Positions 59,791 to 64,000 of a DNA stretch of 64,000 nt are shown piece after piece. The stretch comes from Gammaproteobacteria bacterium (GTDB taxonomy: Bacteria; Pseudomonadota; Gammaproteobacteria; Ga0077536), in the NCBI GenBank assembly GCA_009692365.1, contig SHZJ01000003.1, forward strand, positions 65,250 to 129,249, written 5' to 3'. The stretch's first letter is position 1. The number at the start of each line of letters is the position of its first letter. Under the pieces are notes generated by a model. The model had not been told where the DNA came from, searched no databases, and was given only the letters and a program-made list of their open reading frames with translations. The position numbers were made by a program, and so were the translations under genes.

Positions 59791-60072
59791 GTGCTGAATT
59801 CTGGCGTAAAACGCGAACTCAAGGCCCGCGCGCACTCACTCAAACCGGTCGTCATCATCGGACAAAAAGGCGTTACCACCGCGGTAATTGCCTCGATCGG
59901 CGAAGCGCTGGATATTCATGAACTGATCAAGATCAGGTTGCCCGTGAGCGAGAAAGTGGCGCAAGTCGCGCGGATTGCGCAGCTCGCGAGCGAACTTGCC
60001 GCAGAGGTGGTAGGGAGCATCGGTCGGGTGCTGATTTTGTATCGTCGACACCCCGAGTTGAGCACACGCTGA
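59791..60072 (+). CDS. yhbY: ribosome assembly RNA-binding protein YhbY (CRS1/YhbY domain)
   Basis: LKPVVIIGQKGVT...ELIKIR pattern; GTG start. Confidence 0.8.
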   Translation: MLNSGVKRELKARAHSLKPVVIIGQKGVTTAVIASIGEALDIHELIKIRLPVSEKVAQVARIAQLASELAAEVVGSIGRVLILYRRHPELSTR

Positions 60073-60570
60073 GCGATGGCCGCGCGGGGCCAGCCCGGTC
60101 GCACACTGTCAACGCCGGTGCAACGTGCCGCGCGATTACATCCTTTAAGAACCCGGCATTTGGCCCGCGGGCTGATGCTTGGGCACAGAAGCCACGCGGT
60201 GTGGCGGGAGCCACGCGACGCTCGTTAAGCCAACGAGCGCCGGGACGAGTTTAAAGGCGAGCGGATAGCGTGCGAGGACGCCCGGCCGCGCGCCGAGAAA
60301 ATCCCAACCGGGTGCGGGTTCGCCGTGACCGGCGGTGTTACTCAGTGAGTGTCATCAGCGCTGCGGGAGCGGCCTGCCAGGCGCCTAGCGCCGTTGACGC
60401 CACCCGGACGTGGCCGAGTTGCCGCTCGGGAGCACTGGGAGAACAGTGGCCCAGTGGCATTGAAAACCATCGGCAAAGCCTCGCCGGAGGCGGGTTTTAC
60501 GCCAGGCACGGCCCGCCAAGACTCAGCCCGCTCGCTTATCGCCCCTTCTCAGCCAAGCTCAACTGTCGTC

Positions 60571-63147
60571 TTAGGACAGCGGCGCGTTAAGAGCAACGAC
60601 CAGTCGCTGCTCGACGGTTTGCTGCACCGCGCGCAGCTCGGTCATCAAATCATCGGCAAAGTTACGGCGATCAAAATGCTTTGCAGGACCCTCCGCGTAT
60701 TCGACCCGGCGTGCGATCGCGGCGAGCCGGAATGCGCCGATAGTGCGGGCCGAGCCGCACAGGGCGTGCATCTCTTCGCGTACCCGTCCTTCACCGATGC
60801 CGCCCTCCATCGCGTTGCGGACCGTTTGGATATAGCCCTCAGCGTCTTCGCCAAACTCTGCAAAAAATTCCCGCGCCTCGGGCACCGACATATAGCTCAG
60901 CAGCTCCTGAAATATGACGTCGTCCATCTCGGGGGCGAGTTCCTCTTCGCGCGCCGGCTTAACCGCTGCGTCCGTGCCCGCGTCCTCTAGTTCGTGGGCC
61001 TGCCGTTGCAGCAATATGTCCTGCACAATCTGAATGAGCAGTGAGGGCCGCAACGGTTTAATCGCGAAGCGCGCCACCCCGGCCAAGTCTGCGTCGGCCA
61101 CGAGGTCCGGACGGTTGTCGGCGGTAACCATAATAATCGGCGTGCGCCGCGGGTCTGAGAACGCGCCGAAATTGTAGAGCTTGGCCACCTCCATACCGTC
61201 CATGGACGGCATGTGCATATCAATGATGGCGAGGTCGTACGCCCCAGTTTTTAACTCATCCAACGCCCGTTCGCCGTCGGACACGATATGACAGCGATAA
61301 CCGGCCCGCTCGAGCGCCATTCGCGCAATTACTTGGTTGGTGGCACTGTCCTCCGCAACCAGAATCAGGCTGGCGGTCTCGGCCCGGACCACGGCCGGCG
61401 GCGCCCAATCATTGGGTGGCATTAAGTTGCTCGCCAAGTCCAGCACCCGACGCAGGTCGGCGCGCGTACAATCTGGTGCTAAGTAACTCAACAATCCTGA
61501 CGCTATCGCAGCCGGCCGGTCGCCATCTTCGCCCATGCCGATAACCACCGGTGCCGCTAGTCGGCCCTGACGATGGAGATCCTCGCGTAGCAAAGCCACG
61601 ACCGTATCAGCAATCGAATAATGCAAAAAAAAGCAGGTCCGAGGCGGCACCAGGTGCAAATTTCGGTGAAGCTCGCCAATGCCATACTCAGTGACCGCGC
61701 ACAATCCCTCTTCGGAGAGTTGCTGCCGAAACCTATCTGCGGTTGCTCCCAAGCCCACCAAAACGATGAGTTCCGGCGCATCTAGCGGCACACGGTCGAG
61801 CGAGGTTTGCAGTTCCAAGGCGAGTTCGATATCAATTCGAGTGCCCACACCAGGGGCGGTCTTGATCGCAATGCGCCCCCGCATCAGCTTGATTAAATCG
61901 CGCGCGATGGTAGTCCCCAGGCCCGATCCGCCATGTTGTCGGGTGGCCGTGTCATCGCTTTGTGAGAAAGGGTCGAACACTCTCGCGAGATACTCTTGCG
62001 TCATACCGGGACCGGTATCCGAGATGCTCAGCACAAAAGTGTCGTCGTTCAACTTCGAGGACTTCTTGATGATGGCGATGCGCACCGACCCGCTGTCGGT
62101 GAATTTGATGGAATTGCCGGCAAGATTAATGATGACTTCTTGCAACTGGCGCGGCGAACCAACCAGCCTGTTTTTAACGGTGGCGTCCACAAACACGCTT
62201 AAGACCAGACGTTTTAAGCTGGCTTGTGGCAACAGGATATCCAAGGTCTGAGCGACTACCTGATGTAAGTCCATCGGCTCGTGCTGCAACGCAAACGTCC
62301 CCGATTCGTATTTGCTGAGGTCTAAAACGCGATTGATGAGGTCCAAAAGAGTGTTCGCGGAGTTCGCGATCAGGCGCACCATTTCAGACCGCTGGACCTC
62401 AGACATCTCCGCGCTGAAGAGTTCTGAAAGCGCGATGACCCCGTGGAGGGGGGTGCGTAATTCATGGCTCATTTTCGCCAGGAAATCGCCCTTCGCGCGG
62501 GTCGCTGCTTCGGCGTGCGCGACCGCCGCGTAGAGGCGCTTAATCAAAAAGCCAGAATATAAAGGCACCACGATCAAGCCAAACCCTAGGCCGATAGACA
62601 GCGCGGGTAGGCTACGCAGAAACGGCGAAAGTGACGCCACAGTAATGAAGCAGGCAAGGGAGACGGCGAGATTCCCATAAAGATAGGTGGTGCCGTAGCG
62701 AATCCCATAACCAATCGTTATCCATAGATAAATGACGTACACGCCGGCCAAGATCTGACCGCCGAAATACAGGACCCAGCTGATGCATAAGTTGTCGAGA
62801 ATAATGCTGGCGACCCGTTGGCCTAAACGCCAGCCGTCAACAGTGGATTGGTTGGGCAAGAGCTTCGCCCAAGACCATAATGCCAGCGCAGAGAGCGAGG
62901 TAAAGAGAAAGGTATACCAGACGGTAACGAGTTGCAGAGTAGATTGCGCTGAATAAGCCAGCAGCGTTAGGGCCATTAAAACCAGATTTAAAACGCAGCG
63001 AATCTGCGCCTGGGCCAGCTCGCCCAAGGCTTGTGCCGGCGTCGCGCCGTCGCTCGGGCGTTGGCGCGACGCCGGCGTGGACCAGGTGGCTAGGGAGTCG
63101 GTCTTCGCCGCGAGGAGGCTAGGGTCCGCTCGGGACGGAAGCTTCAT
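60571..63147 (-). CDS. hybrid sensor histidine kinase with polytopic membrane N-terminus, HisKA/HATPase, receiver domain(s) and C-terminal HPt (BarA/GacS/LadS-like)
   Basis: H-box SHELRTPLHGV, G-boxes DTGPGM, GGSGLGTTIA, receiver ILVAEDSATN...DLAIIDMHMPSMDG, and a C-terminal HPt-like helix bundle. Confidence 0.85.
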   Translation of the reverse strand: MKLPSRADPSLLAAKTDSLATWSTPASRQRPSDGATPAQALGELAQAQIRCVLNLVLMALTLLAYSAQSTLQLVTVWYTFLFTSLSALALWSWAKLLPNQSTVDGWRLGQRVASIILDNLCISWVLYFGGQILAGVYVIYLWITIGYGIRYGTTYLYGNLAVSLACFITVASLSPFLRSLPALSIGLGFGLIVVPLYSGFLIKRLYAAVAHAEAATRAKGDFLAKMSHELRTPLHGVIALSELFSAEMSEVQRSEMVRLIANSANTLLDLINRVLDLSKYESGTFALQHEPMDLHQVVAQTLDILLPQASLKRLVLSVFVDATVKNRLVGSPRQLQEVIINLAGNSIKFTDSGSVRIAIIKKSSKLNDDTFVLSISDTGPGMTQEYLARVFDPFSQSDDTATRQHGGSGLGTTIARDLIKLMRGRIAIKTAPGVGTRIDIELALELQTSLDRVPLDAPELIVLVGLGATADRFRQQLSEEGLCAVTEYGIGELHRNLHLVPPRTCFFLHYSIADTVVALLREDLHRQGRLAAPVVIGMGEDGDRPAAIASGLLSYLAPDCTRADLRRVLDLASNLMPPNDWAPPAVVRAETASLILVAEDSATNQVIARMALERAGYRCHIVSDGERALDELKTGAYDLAIIDMHMPSMDGMEVAKLYNFGAFSDPRRTPIIMVTADNRPDLVADADLAGVARFAIKPLRPSLLIQIVQDILLQRQAHELEDAGTDAAVKPAREEELAPEMDDVIFQELLSYMSVPEAREFFAEFGEDAEGYIQTVRNAMEGGIGEGRVREEMHALCGSARTIGAFRLAAIARRVEYAEGPAKHFDRRNFADDLMTELRAVQQTVEQRLVVALNAPLS

Positions 63148-63226
63148 CGGCAGAATTGACGCTTAAAGTGGGAGGCTGAATAAGCAGCGGAATATGACCA
63201 AGGGGTTGGTTTTAGCGACCGCGACA

Positions 63227-64000
63227 TTAGAGGGGTTCAGCCCGGCGGAGCACGAGGGCGGCATTGTGACCACCAAAGCCAAAATTCTGCGTCAAGGCGG
63301 TCTGCAGAGTCGCCGCCCCGCCAGCGATGCTAAAATTCAAATCGGTGATTGGGTTTTCTAGGTTGAGGCAGGGATGCACAGCTTGGCGTTGGAGGCTGAG
63401 GGCGGCGACGATAAATTCAAATGCGCCGGCAGCGCCAACGGTGTGGCCTAGGATCGACTTGGTGCTGTTGATTAGGGGCCGGGCGCCGAACATACGTTCA
63501 AGGATCCGCGCCTCTATCTGGTCGTTGAGCTGGGTTCCCGTGCCGTGGGCATTGATGTAATCAATGTCTGAAGCTTCTAAATTCGCATCGAGGAGCGCTT
63601 TCCGAAGCATCGGCGTGATGGCGTTCTGGTCTTCGGAAATTGCCGCAATTGAATGGGCATCGTGACTTTCCGCATAGCCAATAATCTCCGCGATCGCTCG
63701 TTGGCCGCGGTTCTTGAGCGAGGTCTCTGACTCCAAAAAGGCGATGGCGGAACCCCCTTCACTGAACAGAAATCCGCTTCTGTCAGCGTCAAAAGGGCGA
63801 TTTTCCGAGCCTATCTCGCGATACGGTTTGGCGAGCGCGCCGAGACGATCAAAGCCCATAAAGACGCCCCCTGCGCGGTCACCCAAATGTTCGATGCCGC
63901 CGGCAAGTGCGACGTCCAACTCGCCTCGTTGGATTGCCCTGAATGCCTTGCCGAGCGCGATGGTGCCCGAGGTACAGGCAGCACACGTGGTATCGACGGA
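63227..64000 (-). CDS. beta-ketoacyl-ACP synthase (FabF/FabB-like KAS I/II), 5' end beyond the window
   Basis: C-terminal half: INAHGTGTQLND, STKSILGHTVGAAGAFE, GFGGHNAALVL. The upstream part reaches the window edge with the Cys-nucleophile region CAACTSGT. Confidence 0.8.
   Translation of the reverse strand, partial: SVDTTCAACTSGTIALGKAFRAIQRGELDVALAGGIEHLGDRAGGVFMGFDRLGALAKPYREIGSENRPFDADRSGFLFSEGGSAIAFLESETSLKNRGQRAIAEIIGYAESHDAHSIAAISEDQNAITPMLRKALLDANLEASDIDYINAHGTGTQLNDQIEARILERMFGARPLINSTKSILGHTVGAAGAFEFIVAALSLQRQAVHPCLNLENPITDLNFSIAGGAATLQTALTQNFGFGGHNAALVLRRAEPL

Noticed and set aside
1-64000. Search for tRNA, rRNA, CRISPR repeats, integrase or transposase genes, and phage-like genes
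   Set aside because: No cloverleaf-like conserved tRNA segments, no rRNA-like stretches, no regularly spaced direct repeats, and no recombinase or transposase translations were seen. The window appears to be core chromosome without mobile elements.

Overview
This is a high-GC (about 65-70%) proteobacterial chromosomal segment, densely coding on both strands with about 55 protein-coding genes. I found no rRNA, tRNA, CRISPR array, integrase or transposase by eye. Reading left to right, the content is:
- an RND efflux pair (adaptor plus truncated pump);
- a small acyl-CoA cluster: an acyl-CoA dehydrogenase-family gene, an ABM monooxygenase-like gene and an oxalyl-CoA decarboxylase-like ThDP enzyme;
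- a secreted repeat protein, an amidohydrolase, a frame-disrupted Sfp-type phosphopantetheinyl transferase and a SAM methyltransferase;
- a 942-aa TPR lipoprotein resembling the PEP-CTERM-associated PrsT;
- a cyanophycin locus: tandem cphA1 and cphA2, with a divergent fused ABC transporter and a DUF1854 protein, then an enoyl-CoA hydratase;
- a 1597-aa multi-PAS hybrid histidine kinase translationally coupled to an HD-GYP response regulator;
- a P-loop protein, a flavin-dependent LLM oxidoreductase and an MMPL/RND-type exporter;
- a four-gene minus-strand operon of a CX5R phosphatase, a PEP-utilising swivel-domain protein, a 516-aa protein I could not place in any family, and a 215-aa winged-helix-like protein; this is the best candidate for an undescribed system;
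- an envelope block: mlaFEDCB, opgGH, degP and an OmpR-type two-component pair;
- housekeeping genes (aminotransferase, NUDIX, yidD, gcvH, yhbY), a membrane-anchored C13 peptidase, a second hybrid kinase, and a partial FabF-like ketosynthase at the right edge.
Three otherwise well-conserved genes (the PPTase, a DMT transporter and an SRPBCC protein) each carry an apparent single-base deletion in a GC-rich or homopolymer tract. That pattern looks more like systematic sequencing error than pseudogenisation. All functional calls rest on motifs I recognise by eye in the supplied translations; no database search was run.
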